Virus record (IMG/VR): IMGVR_UViG_3300033463_000045
Span: 48,266-112,265 of that record
Length of the DNA stretch: 64,000 nucleotides
Source: a virus
Taxonomy: Duplodnaviria > Caudoviricetes
Strand: one strand, 5' to 3'
Below the pieces are notes generated by a model. That model was not told where the DNA came from, ran no database searches, and saw only the letters and a list, made by a program, of their open reading frames with translations. Made by a program: the position numbers and the translations under genes. Within the stretch, counting starts at the first letter, position 1. The number at the start of each line of letters is the position of its first letter. Positions 20,135 to 30,327 of this stretch are shown one piece after another.

Positions 20135-21265
20135 ATGGATAAGAAATTAATGTATTATATTATTATTCATTATATTGATATGAGAAAACTTTTAAGAAGT
20201 CTTAATATTGATATTAGACCTAATAAAAGTATGCTATGCCCGTTCCACCAAAATACTCGTACGCCCGCTGCTCATTTCTATGAGGAAGAAGATGGTAGTT
20301 GTAGAATATGGTGTTATTATGAGAATAGAATGTTTAGTAATATAGATATTTATAGAACATATAAACCGGACATTAATTTAGAAGAATTAGCTCAGAAGAT
20401 ATATGATAATTTACCTGATGAAGAAAAGAAAAAGGTATTTAATAATGTTAATGTAACTTATGAATTACCAGAATTACCGTATAATAAAGCATTAAATGAT
20501 TTTAAAAATAATAAGATTTCTTTTGATATTTTATTAAATACAATTAATTATTTAACACCTAGAGATGATAATTCTAATTTATTAGATATAATATATTCTC
20601 AGGGCTTATCTGGTATATCAGATTTAAATAAAAATAATAAATATGTATATTATATGAAGAATTATAAATCTAATTACAGATATATATTAGCTAATAAAAT
20701 ATTAATGACTATGCAAAATAAATTACCTAATTATATAATAGAGTATTTTCAATATTCAGGAGATTCTATAATGTTACCTAATATAATAAATGATAGATTA
20801 TATGCAATAACATTTAGAAATTTAAATGGAAATAAGCAATTTATAAAATTAGGAGTTGCATATTTATTTTATAATTTAGGTAATTTACCAAAAGATTTTA
20901 AATATGGCATGCCATTATTAATAACTGAAGGAAATATAGACTCTGATGTTGGTAAATTAATCTATCCATATTGTATTGCAACAATGACAAATTCATTATC
21001 AACAAATCAAATTCAATTATTATTAGGATTAACTAATAAAGTAATAATAGCTTTTGATAATGATGAAGCCGGAGAAAAGGGATTTAAAAATGTTTATCAT
21101 AAATTAAAATCATTTCAATTTGATGTTAAAAAATTTAAGCATAATTCTAATTTAAAAGATTTTGGTGATTTATTAGAATTAAAAATGAAAGATGAAGATG
21201 AATATAATTATATTTATCAAACATATAAGATACAAATAGAGAATTTGGTTGGTGACGTGAGATGA
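20135..21265 (+). CDS. DNA primase (DnaG-type)
   Basis: CPFHQNTRTPA zinc finger; TOPRIM ITEGNID, AFDNDEAG, KDFGD. Confidence 0.88.
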   Translation: MDKKLMYYIIIHYIDMRKLLRSLNIDIRPNKSMLCPFHQNTRTPAAHFYEEEDGSCRIWCYYENRMFSNIDIYRTYKPDINLEELAQKIYDNLPDEEKKKVFNNVNVTYELPELPYNKALNDFKNNKISFDILLNTINYLTPRDDNSNLLDIIYSQGLSGISDLNKNNKYVYYMKNYKSNYRYILANKILMTMQNKLPNYIIEYFQYSGDSIMLPNIINDRLYAITFRNLNGNKQFIKLGVAYLFYNLGNLPKDFKYGMPLLITEGNIDSDVGKLIYPYCIATMTNSLSTNQIQLLLGLTNKVIIAFDNDEAGEKGFKNVYHKLKSFQFDVKKFKHNSNLKDFGDLLELKMKDEDEYNYIYQTYKIQIENLVGDVR

Positions 21266-21642
21266 AATATTTTGTAGATATTAATGAAGGAGATATACGA
21301 TTAGTAATTAGAGCTTTAAGAAGATATAATACTAAAGGAGTAAAATATTTATTTTTTACAATATTCCCGTTATTAAGAGACGGTAATTTTGAAAATGAAG
21401 AAATAAGTAATAATAGATTTTATATTCCTTGGGACAAATCATTCGAATTTGTTTATGGTAAAATATATGTAGAATTTTCAGTATTAGAAAATAATAAGAT
21501 ATATTTTATATTAAGTGATAAGATAAAATATATTTTATATTCTTTATATCATACAGCTGTTCAGATTGTTGATGGTATTCCAATTATAGATGAAAATGCA
21601 TTATTTAAATATAATGTTTATAAAAATATTAAAAATAGATAG
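21262..21642 (+). CDS. Hypothetical protein
   Basis: ATGA overlap with the primase stop. Confidence 0.6.
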   Translation: MKYFVDINEGDIRLVIRALRRYNTKGVKYLFFTIFPLLRDGNFENEEISNNRFYIPWDKSFEFVYGKIYVEFSVLENNKIYFILSDKIKYILYSLYHTAVQIVDGIPIIDENALFKYNVYKNIKNR

Positions 21643-21651
21643 GGTGATAAT

Positions 21652-21867
21652 ATGAAAAGAATTTTTCCAAGATTACAAGGACTGGAATGGCATAATATGA
21701 AAGAGTCATTGATACTTATTAGATATAGAAAAAGTATTAATGGACATATTAAAGGAATTTATAAAGATAAATTTGATAATAAGTATACTCATTGGTTAAA
21801 TGATGAAGAAATAGAAGAATTATCAAATAATATTAAAATTATGAAAGAGGGTATTAGAAATGTTTAA
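21652..21867 (+). CDS. Hypothetical protein
   Basis: Operon context. Confidence 0.55.
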   Translation: MKRIFPRLQGLEWHNMKESLILIRYRKSINGHIKGIYKDKFDNKYTHWLNDEEIEELSNNIKIMKEGIRNV

Positions 21868-22261
21868 GAGAAAAAAAGAAAAAAGTATGCATGAAGAATT
21901 ATTAATTCAATTAAAAGGATTAATAGAAATAGAATTAGGAGAGTATATTAATAATGATATTAAAGAATCAAAATTAAAATTACATATTGAAACTTATAAT
22001 GGTTTAGATATTTATGTATTAGATGACGATTTTGGTTTTATAGATAATTATAATAGCATACATTTTTATGCAGAAAATTTTATGTTTAAAGGATTATATA
22101 TAGATGATATATCTTTAGTAGGACATTATCATTATGAAGATTTATTATATTTAATATTAAATTTTAAAGAAGAAAAGAAACAGATAATTAAGAATATAGA
22201 AAAATATATAGAATGGAAGAATAATTATTTAGAAGTATTACAAAGAATTAAGAATAAGTAG
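21860..22261 (+). CDS. Hypothetical protein
   Basis: Operon context. Confidence 0.55.
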   Translation: MFKRKKEKSMHEELLIQLKGLIEIELGEYINNDIKESKLKLHIETYNGLDIYVLDDDFGFIDNYNSIHFYAENFMFKGLYIDDISLVGHYHYEDLLYLILNFKEEKKQIIKNIEKYIEWKNNYLEVLQRIKNK

Positions 22262-22269
22262 GAGTAGAA

Positions 22270-22455
22270 GTGATTTGCATGATTAAACAATATTCTTTAT
22301 ATCTATTAAGATGGCAATTATCAACTCCTATTTTAGCTTTAGTATTGTATTTATTTAATTATAATGAATTAGTTGAGACAATATTAGCAAATTTAATAGG
22401 AGGTCTTATATTCTTTTGGGTAGATAAAAAGATATTTCAACAAAAGACAAAATAG
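22270..22455 (+). CDS. Small membrane protein
   Basis: RWQLSTPILA...ANLIGGLIFFWVDK, two hydrophobic segments. Confidence 0.6.
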   Translation: MICMIKQYSLYLLRWQLSTPILALVLYLFNYNELVETILANLIGGLIFFWVDKKIFQQKTK

Positions 22456-22492
22456 ATTTCATAATATATAATAGAAAATAAGGAGAAATAAT

Positions 22493-23923
22493 ATGGTAAA
22501 TAATACTAATACTCAAAAATTTAATTTAAATACAGAACCTAGATTAGAACAGATATTAATATCATTGACAAGAGAAACATATTTACCTGTTATTAATATG
22601 TTAAAACAAGGTTTATCAGAAATAGATAGACCTTCAGTAGAATTATTAGATAAATATTTATGGTTAGTTGAAGGAAATCTTAATGGAAAACCGCCTTCAA
22701 TAGAATTATTAAGAAGAGAATTTCCAACTTTAAATTTTGATAATATTCAAATGATTAATAATATAGATGAACTAACCGATATGGTTTATGCTTTTATTAA
22801 TATGAAGAATTGGAGATATGGTTCAAATTTATTAGTAAGTTTAGCTGATAAGAATAGAACTCAAGGTTTAACAGATGAAGATACAGATTCTATTTATAAA
22901 TATTTAGCTAAAACAACTGCAACAGATAATTATAAATCAATAGCAGATAAAGATACTTTTTTAGATTTATATGATAAGCAAGCAAAATTAAAAGGTATTT
23001 CATTTTTAAGTCCTGAATTAGACCAATTAACTGGTGGAATTATGCCTGGACAAATATGTACAATATTAGGAGCTCCAGGTAGTATGAAAACAACTTATTC
23101 AAGTAATATAGCTTATAATGCAATGAGAGATGGTAAAAATATATTATATTTATCATTAGAAGAGCAGCCATTACAATTATTATCTAAATGGCTATCTAGA
23201 TGCTCATTAGATATTAATAAACCATTACCTCAAAAAGATATAGTTCAAAGAACATTAGATGATAAGCAAAAGAAAATTTTATTTGATGAGGTATTTGAAA
23301 AATTTAAATCTTATCCAGGAAAGTTATATATAGTTGGAGAACAAGATTTACCTAATTATTCTTTATCTACATTAGAAGCTAAATTTAAAGAAATAGATAA
23401 ATTAGCAAGAAAAGAAACAGAGCATGGAATAGATTTAGTTGTCGTAGACCATATTCAATTATTAAAATTTGCTATTTCAGGTTTAGATACTATTTCAACA
23501 ATTAATATGTATGTATCATTTTTTAGGCAACAATCATTATCTTGGTTACATGAAAAAAGAAATGTATCTATAATATTATTATCACAAGCAAATAGAGAAG
23601 GTTATTCGTATGCTCAAAAGAATAATGGAGCATATTTATCACAACACGTGGCAGAAGCTAGTGAAGTAGAAAGAGCTTCCGCTTATATAATATCTGTATA
23701 TACAGATGCAATGTCTCAAATAACAAATCAATTAACATTATGCGCTGTTAAATTAAGAGGTTCTGCTTTACCTCCAAGTGTAATACCTATTTACGAAGAT
23801 GGTTCAGTTTACCAGGTAGGTGAAATAAATAAGACAATTGTTGATTTAGATGATAATATAGTTACAAATGATAATTCTAAAATAACTATGGATGCTTTAG
23901 ATAGTATGTTAGGAGACTTATAA
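22493..23923 (+). CDS. Replicative DnaB-like helicase
   Basis: GAPGSMKT, YLSLEE, VVVDHIQLL, LSQANR, KLR motifs. Confidence 0.88.
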   Translation: MVNNTNTQKFNLNTEPRLEQILISLTRETYLPVINMLKQGLSEIDRPSVELLDKYLWLVEGNLNGKPPSIELLRREFPTLNFDNIQMINNIDELTDMVYAFINMKNWRYGSNLLVSLADKNRTQGLTDEDTDSIYKYLAKTTATDNYKSIADKDTFLDLYDKQAKLKGISFLSPELDQLTGGIMPGQICTILGAPGSMKTTYSSNIAYNAMRDGKNILYLSLEEQPLQLLSKWLSRCSLDINKPLPQKDIVQRTLDDKQKKILFDEVFEKFKSYPGKLYIVGEQDLPNYSLSTLEAKFKEIDKLARKETEHGIDLVVVDHIQLLKFAISGLDTISTINMYVSFFRQQSLSWLHEKRNVSIILLSQANREGYSYAQKNNGAYLSQHVAEASEVERASAYIISVYTDAMSQITNQLTLCAVKLRGSALPPSVIPIYEDGSVYQVGEINKTIVDLDDNIVTNDNSKITMDALDSMLGDL

Positions 23924-23924
23924 T

Positions 23925-24635
23925 ATGACAGAACAAGAATTAGAAAATGCAAAAAGAAATATTAATAGAGTCAATTTAAGATTATCTAATTTAACTCAAA
24001 ATATTAATGAGATTAAAGAGAAGTTTAAGCATTGTAAAGTATTTAAATTAGATAGATTAAATAATAATATAAAGTTAAAGCAAGTTAAATTAGAAGATAT
24101 AGACTTTAAAAAATCAAATGTATTTATTTCAGATTCATTAGATATATTACCATTATTTACATATATAGGTTTGATTCAATTAAATAATGTTATTTATCCA
24201 GATATTTCTTCTTCAGGAATAAATAGTATTATTAAAACAACATATATGATAGTTAACTCAAGAGATATTAGATATAGTAAAATTCCTCAAGATTCATTCT
24301 ATAATGATAATAGAGATGGAGTATTACCAGATTCTTGGAATAGTATTAATTTCTTTAAGAAAGATATAATTGCTTGGAGATTATCTAATGATGTAGGAAT
24401 TGGTGAAGATGAAAAGATGTTTAGTGGTTGCGCTTCATGGATTGAAGATAGATATAATGATAGAAAGATAGATTGGATTTTCTATAGAGGAAGTTATGAT
24501 TTATTTAAAACAAATTATACAGCAATTTCTAATTTAGAATTACCTATCTATAAGATAGATTATGATAATTCTAAAGTAAAATTAAAAGAGTCAGAAGAAA
24601 AACATAATAATATATATAAAGGAAGTGTATTTTGA
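23925..24635 (+). CDS. Hypothetical protein downstream of the helicase
   Basis: 236-aa ORF, translationally coupled. Confidence 0.6.
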   Translation: MTEQELENAKRNINRVNLRLSNLTQNINEIKEKFKHCKVFKLDRLNNNIKLKQVKLEDIDFKKSNVFISDSLDILPLFTYIGLIQLNNVIYPDISSSGINSIIKTTYMIVNSRDIRYSKIPQDSFYNDNRDGVLPDSWNSINFFKKDIIAWRLSNDVGIGEDEKMFSGCASWIEDRYNDRKIDWIFYRGSYDLFKTNYTAISNLELPIYKIDYDNSKVKLKESEEKHNNIYKGSVF

Positions 24636-24859
24636 TGATAAAGTTCTTTGTTAATAAAAATCAATTATATAATTTTTTAGAATTAAAGGAACCTGTTCAG
24701 TTAGTTAATTATATATTTAGTGAAGATTATTTTGAATTTAATTATGAATTAAAAGATGTTATTATAAATATTTATAATACAACAGCAACAATAGAATTAT
24801 CTACATTTAGAAAGAGGGTAAAAAATAAATGGCAAAAGATGAGAACAAAAAGAAAATAG
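24632..24859 (+). CDS. Hypothetical protein
   Basis: Overlaps both neighbours. Confidence 0.45.
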   Translation: MMIKFFVNKNQLYNFLELKEPVQLVNYIFSEDYFEFNYELKDVIINIYNTTATIELSTFRKRVKNKWQKMRTKRK

Positions 24860-25437
24860 AATTAGATACTACAGATAAAATGCTTAATAATTTAGAAGAT
24901 AGTTTTAATGATTTAAATTTATCAGATTTATCTTTAATAGATGATTCTGGTTTATCTAATACAATGCAACCAGTAACAACAGAATTATTAGAAGATATAA
25001 AAAGAATTGCTCCAACATTAACGACAGAACAAGTACAACAATTAGTTGATTATATTAAAGGTGGAGAAAGACCTGATTTTGTTGACTTAATGTTAACACA
25101 AACAAATGGCAAATTAACTGAATTATTAAAAGTAATGTCAATATTACAATTAGTACAATTACCAAAATTATATGATTATCAAAGAGCTATACAGGAAAAT
25201 CTATTAAATCCAGAAATGTTAAAGAATATGACAGCAAATGACTTATCTACTGAGGCAGTTAATATTCAAAAACAAATTAGTGATATATTATCTACTTCAT
25301 TAAAAATAAATACACAAACTAATCCAGATAATGCAATGCCAACTAAAGTAGAAAAGATTGCAAATCAATTAATGGGTTGCAGTGAAGCAACTCGTCAAAG
25401 AGTTATTGAAATATTAGAAGCAGACCAACAAGAATAA
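24829..25437 (+). CDS. Hypothetical helical protein
   Basis: 202-aa ORF with GAGGG RBS. Confidence 0.65.
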   Translation: MAKDENKKKIELDTTDKMLNNLEDSFNDLNLSDLSLIDDSGLSNTMQPVTTELLEDIKRIAPTLTTEQVQQLVDYIKGGERPDFVDLMLTQTNGKLTELLKVMSILQLVQLPKLYDYQRAIQENLLNPEMLKNMTANDLSTEAVNIQKQISDILSTSLKINTQTNPDNAMPTKVEKIANQLMGCSEATRQRVIEILEADQQE

Positions 25438-25447
25438 TGGTGATATT

Positions 25448-25816
25448 ATGAATCAAAAATTATTAGAAAAAATAGAAGAAAAATATAAAGAAGCAAAAGT
25501 GTTAGCAGAAAAATATTCATTTACAGAAGTTTGGTTAAATACAGGAGAAAAGTTAAAAGATATAAATGATGAGTACGCTAGACAAGTTAATTTTACAAGC
25601 TTATATAGACAAAAAGAAAAAGATTTATTATTTATATTATCTTTATTACAAGAAGCTTCTAGCAATATTCAAAACACTCCTAGAGGTCAATCTACAATTA
25701 AGTTAATAGATACTTATTCAAATAATATTAAATCATTATTAAAGGTATATCAAAAAATAGATGAAACGCAAACAACAATATTAAGGTATTATGAAAAAGG
25801 AGGAGCTACATTATAG
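25448..25816 (+). CDS. Hypothetical coiled-coil protein
   Basis: Operon context, hairpin at the stop. Confidence 0.6.
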   Translation: MNQKLLEKIEEKYKEAKVLAEKYSFTEVWLNTGEKLKDINDEYARQVNFTSLYRQKEKDLLFILSLLQEASSNIQNTPRGQSTIKLIDTYSNNIKSLLKVYQKIDETQTTILRYYEKGGATL

Positions 25817-25839
25817 CTCTTTTATTTTGTATTATTTTT

Positions 25840-25851
25840 CATTAAATATAG
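25840..25851 (+). promoter_or_regulatory. Putative late promoter motif CATTAAATATAG
   Basis: Recurs before structural and lysis genes at 38072, with variants at 27854, 36495 and 51328. Confidence 0.55.
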
Positions 25852-25904
25852 ATAAAGATAATATACGCACATATTAATATAAATTAACAGAAAGGAAAGT
25901 TATT

Positions 25905-26114
25905 ATGGTTACAGTAGGAAAAATAGAAAGAACTATTTTTGGTCAAGAAGGCGAAGAAAAAGTCTTAGTTGAATTAAGAGGTTTATCAACAGATACTCCT
26001 AAACCAACAGAACTAAATAGTCAAAAGATTGAAAATGGTTCTACATTTATAGAAATAGATACAGGAAAAATATATATGTATGATTATGAAAATGAAGAAT
26101 GGAAGGAGATTTAG
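25905..26114 (+). CDS. Small virion-associated protein
   Basis: GLSTDTPKP...NGSTFIEIDTGKIYMYD...W motif typical of Bacillota phage structural regions. Confidence 0.55.
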   Translation: MVTVGKIERTIFGQEGEEKVLVELRGLSTDTPKPTELNSQKIENGSTFIEIDTGKIYMYDYENEEWKEI

Positions 26115-26117
26115 TTT

Positions 26118-27491
26118 ATGGACATACCAAGTTATTTATTAGGTAAACAAAAAGGCGGAGGAGGAACTCCTTATATATTACCTCCAGCAACAACTAATTC
26201 ATTAGGTGGAATTAAAGTTGGTAATAATTTAACAGTAGAGAATGATGGTACTTTATCACCAGAAATTCTTAATGTTACATTTGATTATAATTTTGTTAGC
26301 AGATATTTTACAAATTTAGGACAAAATATAAAAGTTACTAATGCAGATGATATTGCAATTTTTGAAGATATAGAAACTTATTTAACAGCTCATGAAGAAG
26401 CAGATATAAATGCTTTTGTTGAGTATGGACAAGGATATAATAAAATTCCAATAGAAACAGTTATCGATAATGGTTCTTTAAAAGAATTACATGGTAATAT
26501 TACAATATCTACTGGAGATTGCTTCATTATGTCTGTTTATAAACAAGGTAATGATTTTTATATTAAACCAAATATATTTAATGTAAATTCTGGTGGAGGA
26601 AGTAGTATAACTCCAGTATTTGTACCAGTGGAAACTATTATGGAAGCATATATTAATGCAATTTATCCAGTATGTCAGGGAATAGATTTTCCACTTAATA
26701 CAGGATTTCCTTGGGAAGAATATCCTCATTTAGAAATAGATTCAACAACATATCAAGATGAATATTCAGCAATAAAAGCAATTTTTGAAGACCCATATAA
26801 TACAAAAAATATATTCTTTACATTAGATGGAATAGAATTACCTTGGTCATTTCAAAGAGACCCTCTTTCTAATTCTACACCATATACAGGAAATTTAACT
26901 ATTAAAATACAAGATAATCTAGTTGTAATTGTTGCATCACCAGAAGATGAAGAATCTGAAGACGACCCTATAGTATTTACTCATCCATTTCAAATGTATG
27001 CTACACCAATAAAAGCAGACCATACATTATACCCATATTATTTGATTAATGTAGTAAATGAATCAGAGTTACAATCTTCTACTGGTGGACATAATCAATT
27101 TAGTACATATACTTATACAATAGATTTTGGTAATCCATTTCCAGAACCAGGAGACCCTATAACTCATAATGTTGTATTATATAATAATTTAATGCTATTA
27201 TTAAATGCATGGCAATATGCTTATTATCCAAGTGGAGATTTCTATAGAGGTAGAGAATTAAAAGATTTCTTATTCTATTTAAGAACTCCTCATTTCAGTG
27301 ATGGTATTCCAGTATATCAAATAAGATATGCTGACCTTGAAGGTAAAGATAGTAATACTATATATTTCTCTTCATCACCAATAAATGCATCTGATGCTAA
27401 TATAAATATGATAACAGGAACTATTGATATATCTCAAGACCCACCTGTGATTGAGTATACAGAATATTTCTTTGATAATACTCAAGCATAG
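26118..27491 (+). CDS. Head-fibre/fibre-like structural protein
   Basis: YILPPATTNSLGGIKVGNNLTVENDGTLS fibre repeat. Confidence 0.6.
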   Translation: MDIPSYLLGKQKGGGGTPYILPPATTNSLGGIKVGNNLTVENDGTLSPEILNVTFDYNFVSRYFTNLGQNIKVTNADDIAIFEDIETYLTAHEEADINAFVEYGQGYNKIPIETVIDNGSLKELHGNITISTGDCFIMSVYKQGNDFYIKPNIFNVNSGGGSSITPVFVPVETIMEAYINAIYPVCQGIDFPLNTGFPWEEYPHLEIDSTTYQDEYSAIKAIFEDPYNTKNIFFTLDGIELPWSFQRDPLSNSTPYTGNLTIKIQDNLVVIVASPEDEESEDDPIVFTHPFQMYATPIKADHTLYPYYLINVVNESELQSSTGGHNQFSTYTYTIDFGNPFPEPGDPITHNVVLYNNLMLLLNAWQYAYYPSGDFYRGRELKDFLFYLRTPHFSDGIPVYQIRYADLEGKDSNTIYFSSSPINASDANINMITGTIDISQDPPVIEYTEYFFDNTQA

Positions 27492-27507
27492 ATAAAAGGA
27501 GTTTATT

Positions 27508-27792
27508 TTGGAATATTTTGTTTCGATATTAGCAATTATAGTTCCATCTTTAGTAACATTAATAACAAGTTCAAAACAACTTAAAATTTCTAAGATGCAT
27601 GCTGCAAAACAAAGTATTTTACAAATGCAGATGGAAGACGTAATTGCTGTTGAAATATTACATAAAGTTCCAGTTAATCATACAAATATTCATTATGAAT
27701 ATGATGAATATAAAAAAGCAGGTGGAAATTCAGATATAGATTTAAAAATGGTAGAATATGAAGAGTGGTATGGAAAGATAAATAAAAAATAA
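27508..27792 (+). CDS. Small membrane protein, holin-like
   Basis: N-terminal transmembrane helix; YDEYKKAGGNS motif; TTG start with RBS. Confidence 0.45.
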   Translation: MEYFVSILAIIVPSLVTLITSSKQLKISKMHAAKQSILQMQMEDVIAVEILHKVPVNHTNIHYEYDEYKKAGGNSDIDLKMVEYEEWYGKINKK

Positions 27793-27879
27793 ATATAGTT
27801 AGTAGCTATATTTATTTTATTTTGAATTTAACTTTTTATTTATTATTTATTTTCATAAATAATAGAAAAGAGGAATATT

Positions 27880-28233
27880 ATGCGTCTAAGATTAAAAAAT
27901 TCAGAAGAATTGGTAGAATCTGATAATACAACGACAGCATTTATTGATATTGATGAAATATTATATTTTGCAGAGAAATATTTAAATGATGTTGTTGGAA
28001 AAGGATTTTCAATATATAAAAGACCAGATGGTCAATTTATGTTAACGATGTTACAAAGTGAAATAGACAATTGGTTGGAATTACATAATAAAGTAAATAA
28101 TATAGGAAATACAAATGAATCTGAAGATTCTTCAGAAGCAACACAACCAAATGATATTGCTAAAAAAGAAGAATATAAAAATATGGTAACTCCTACATTT
28201 AAAGTAGGAAAAAAGATTAAGGAGGAAAAATAA
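27880..28233 (+). CDS. Putative prohead/internal protein
   Basis: MRLRLK leader; LVES and TNESE sites. Confidence 0.5.
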   Translation: MRLRLKNSEELVESDNTTTAFIDIDEILYFAEKYLNDVVGKGFSIYKRPDGQFMLTMLQSEIDNWLELHNKVNNIGNTNESEDSSEATQPNDIAKKEEYKNMVTPTFKVGKKIKEEK

Positions 28234-28234
28234 T

Positions 28235-28495
28235 ATGAAAGCATTTTTTAAAGATAGTAATAAAATAATAATTAATTCAATGACTTATGATGAAGCATTG
28301 GTAGGAAAACAATTCTTAAAGGATTTAGAAGGTAAGCAATTAAAAGCAGAACAAAGAAATGATATTAATGATGATTTTGATGGTTTAGTTCTTACTATTG
28401 AAGAAATTCCTACATCTACAACACCTGAAGAACCAGAAGAACAAATAACTGAAGATACAGTTAATACAGTAATAGATAATGATAATGAAGGATAG
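28235..28495 (+). CDS. Acidic hypothetical protein
   Basis: AGGAGG RBS. Confidence 0.55.
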   Translation: MKAFFKDSNKIIINSMTYDEALVGKQFLKDLEGKQLKAEQRNDINDDFDGLVLTIEEIPTSTTPEEPEEQITEDTVNTVIDNDNEG

Positions 28496-28529
28496 TATAT
28501 TTATTAGATAGAAAGAGAGATGTTATTTA

Positions 28530-29120
28530 ATGAAAATTAGATTAAAAGAAGCTCCATTTGAAGAAGAAAATTATGTTGAAGATTTTACTAACAGTACTCC
28601 AGAAGTTCAAGCTCCATTAGATTTAGAAGTTGTAGAACCTGAAACAACCGATGAAGAATCTATTTTTATAGATGAAACAGACCCTAAGTTGACTGAGTTT
28701 ATCTGTTCTGATGCATTAAATGAATTAAGAGATATATTAATAGAATTACCAGAAGATATTCATTTATTATTATTAGATAATAAAGTTATAGTAATAGCTA
28801 GAAATAGTAATGATGAGAAAAATGAAACATTCTTATATTGTTTAAGAGATGAAGATGATGAATTTACTTTAATTCAAATGCCTTTAAAATTAGATGAGAT
28901 ATTAGCAAATGATTCTATAATTCAATATACTCCAGCAAATATTTCTGATGTACATGATAAAGTAGTAGAATTATTTGCAAGAGAATTGGAACCAGAAGAT
29001 GAAGAAACAGAAGAAGTAATTCCTGAAGAAAGTATAGAAGATAATATAGATAATGATATAGAAGAAGATATAAATATTGAGGAGGAAGACGAGGATGAAG
29101 AAGATAAAATTAGTTCTTAA
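28530..29120 (+). CDS. Highly acidic putative prohead/internal protein
   Basis: MKIRLKEA leader. Confidence 0.5.
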   Translation: MKIRLKEAPFEEENYVEDFTNSTPEVQAPLDLEVVEPETTDEESIFIDETDPKLTEFICSDALNELRDILIELPEDIHLLLLDNKVIVIARNSNDEKNETFLYCLRDEDDEFTLIQMPLKLDEILANDSIIQYTPANISDVHDKVVELFARELEPEDEETEEVIPEESIEDNIDNDIEEDINIEEEDEDEEDKISS

Positions 29121-30324
29121 TGAATCTTTAGTTACTAATATAAATACTAATCAAGTAGACCTAATTGAAGATGTATCAGTACAACAAAAACCTGATTATC
29201 AAATTATTGATATTACAGTAATTCCTGATGAAGAATATAATCCTACAATTCAATCAATTTTAATTGACCTAGATGAAAGCAGTAGATTATGTGAATCTGT
29301 AGATGAATCTAAAAATTTATCTATTAATATATTATCTGAAACAGTTAACATAAAAACAGGTTATAGTAATTCATTATTTGAATTTGAAAATAAAAATCAT
29401 ACTATTACATTATCATTGGTTCTACAAGAGACTGAAAAAAGAGGAATTTATAAAGTTGAAGCATACACAACTAAAGGTGAAAAGGTATTTGAATCAAATA
29501 CTTGCAAACCTAGAAAATTAATTGAATCATATTTAAATAGTTTAGCTGTTGAGTATTTAATTGATAGACCATTAAAAGAATCAGAACAAGATGATATGGA
29601 ATGGTTAAAAGATACTGGATATGAAGATGAATTAGAAGAAATGATAAAGAATTTTAAACCAAGTGGAGATATAGAAAAAGATACACTTCGTTTAGTAAAT
29701 CGCGCTAGTAATTATTTTTATGATATTGTTGGTATACATAATGACAATGTAGAAAGAGCATATTATACTTGGGCAGAAGAAAAAGCTAAACAATTAAATG
29801 AAACAGAAGATAAAAAATTACATAAATTAAATGAATCAAATTTAAAAGAAGATGCGATTGATAATGCGAGAGCTGATACTGCTATGGGTGGTGTAGCTTA
29901 TGATGATTATATGACAAATTTTAGACAAGACAACTCAGATGAAAATGAAGACCCTATTAAAGATGATGTTAAAAGAGATTTAAATATAGAACCCGGTTCA
30001 GATGAAGAATCAATGTTGGACGACTTGTATTATGACGATGAAGAAATTGAAGAAGAAAAAGATTATTCAGTAGAAGAATTTATGCAAGCAAATAAATTAA
30101 CTGATGAAGTTAAAAATTTAAATATAGATTATTCAGAATGGAATAACATGAATCAAGAAGAAAGAGATAAATTAGTTACTCCTGAATTAAATAGATTTTA
30201 TAATAAATATAAAGTAGAATTTGATAAAAATCCTAAATTATTTGAATTATTACAATATAATTTAACTGATGATAACTTCCATACAGAAGCTAAAATATTA
30301 AGAGATTTAAGAGGAGGAGAATAA
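29095..30324 (+). CDS. Putative prohead core/internal polyprotein
   Basis: MKKIKLVLNES; many LxES sites; ATG 29095 with GGAGG RBS preferred over 29077. Confidence 0.5.
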   Translation: MKKIKLVLNESLVTNINTNQVDLIEDVSVQQKPDYQIIDITVIPDEEYNPTIQSILIDLDESSRLCESVDESKNLSINILSETVNIKTGYSNSLFEFENKNHTITLSLVLQETEKRGIYKVEAYTTKGEKVFESNTCKPRKLIESYLNSLAVEYLIDRPLKESEQDDMEWLKDTGYEDELEEMIKNFKPSGDIEKDTLRLVNRASNYFYDIVGIHNDNVERAYYTWAEEKAKQLNETEDKKLHKLNESNLKEDAIDNARADTAMGGVAYDDYMTNFRQDNSDENEDPIKDDVKRDLNIEPGSDEESMLDDLYYDDEEIEEEKDYSVEEFMQANKLTDEVKNLNIDYSEWNNMNQEERDKLVTPELNRFYNKYKVEFDKNPKLFELLQYNLTDDNFHTEAKILRDLRGGE

Positions 30325-30327
30325 TAT

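Noticed and set aside
26100-26120. In-frame neighbours (25905/26118, also 29095/30328 and 51658/52027) as further stop-hop sites
   Set aside because: Each downstream gene has its own RBS and ATG, with no matched flanking codons, hairpin or broken motif.
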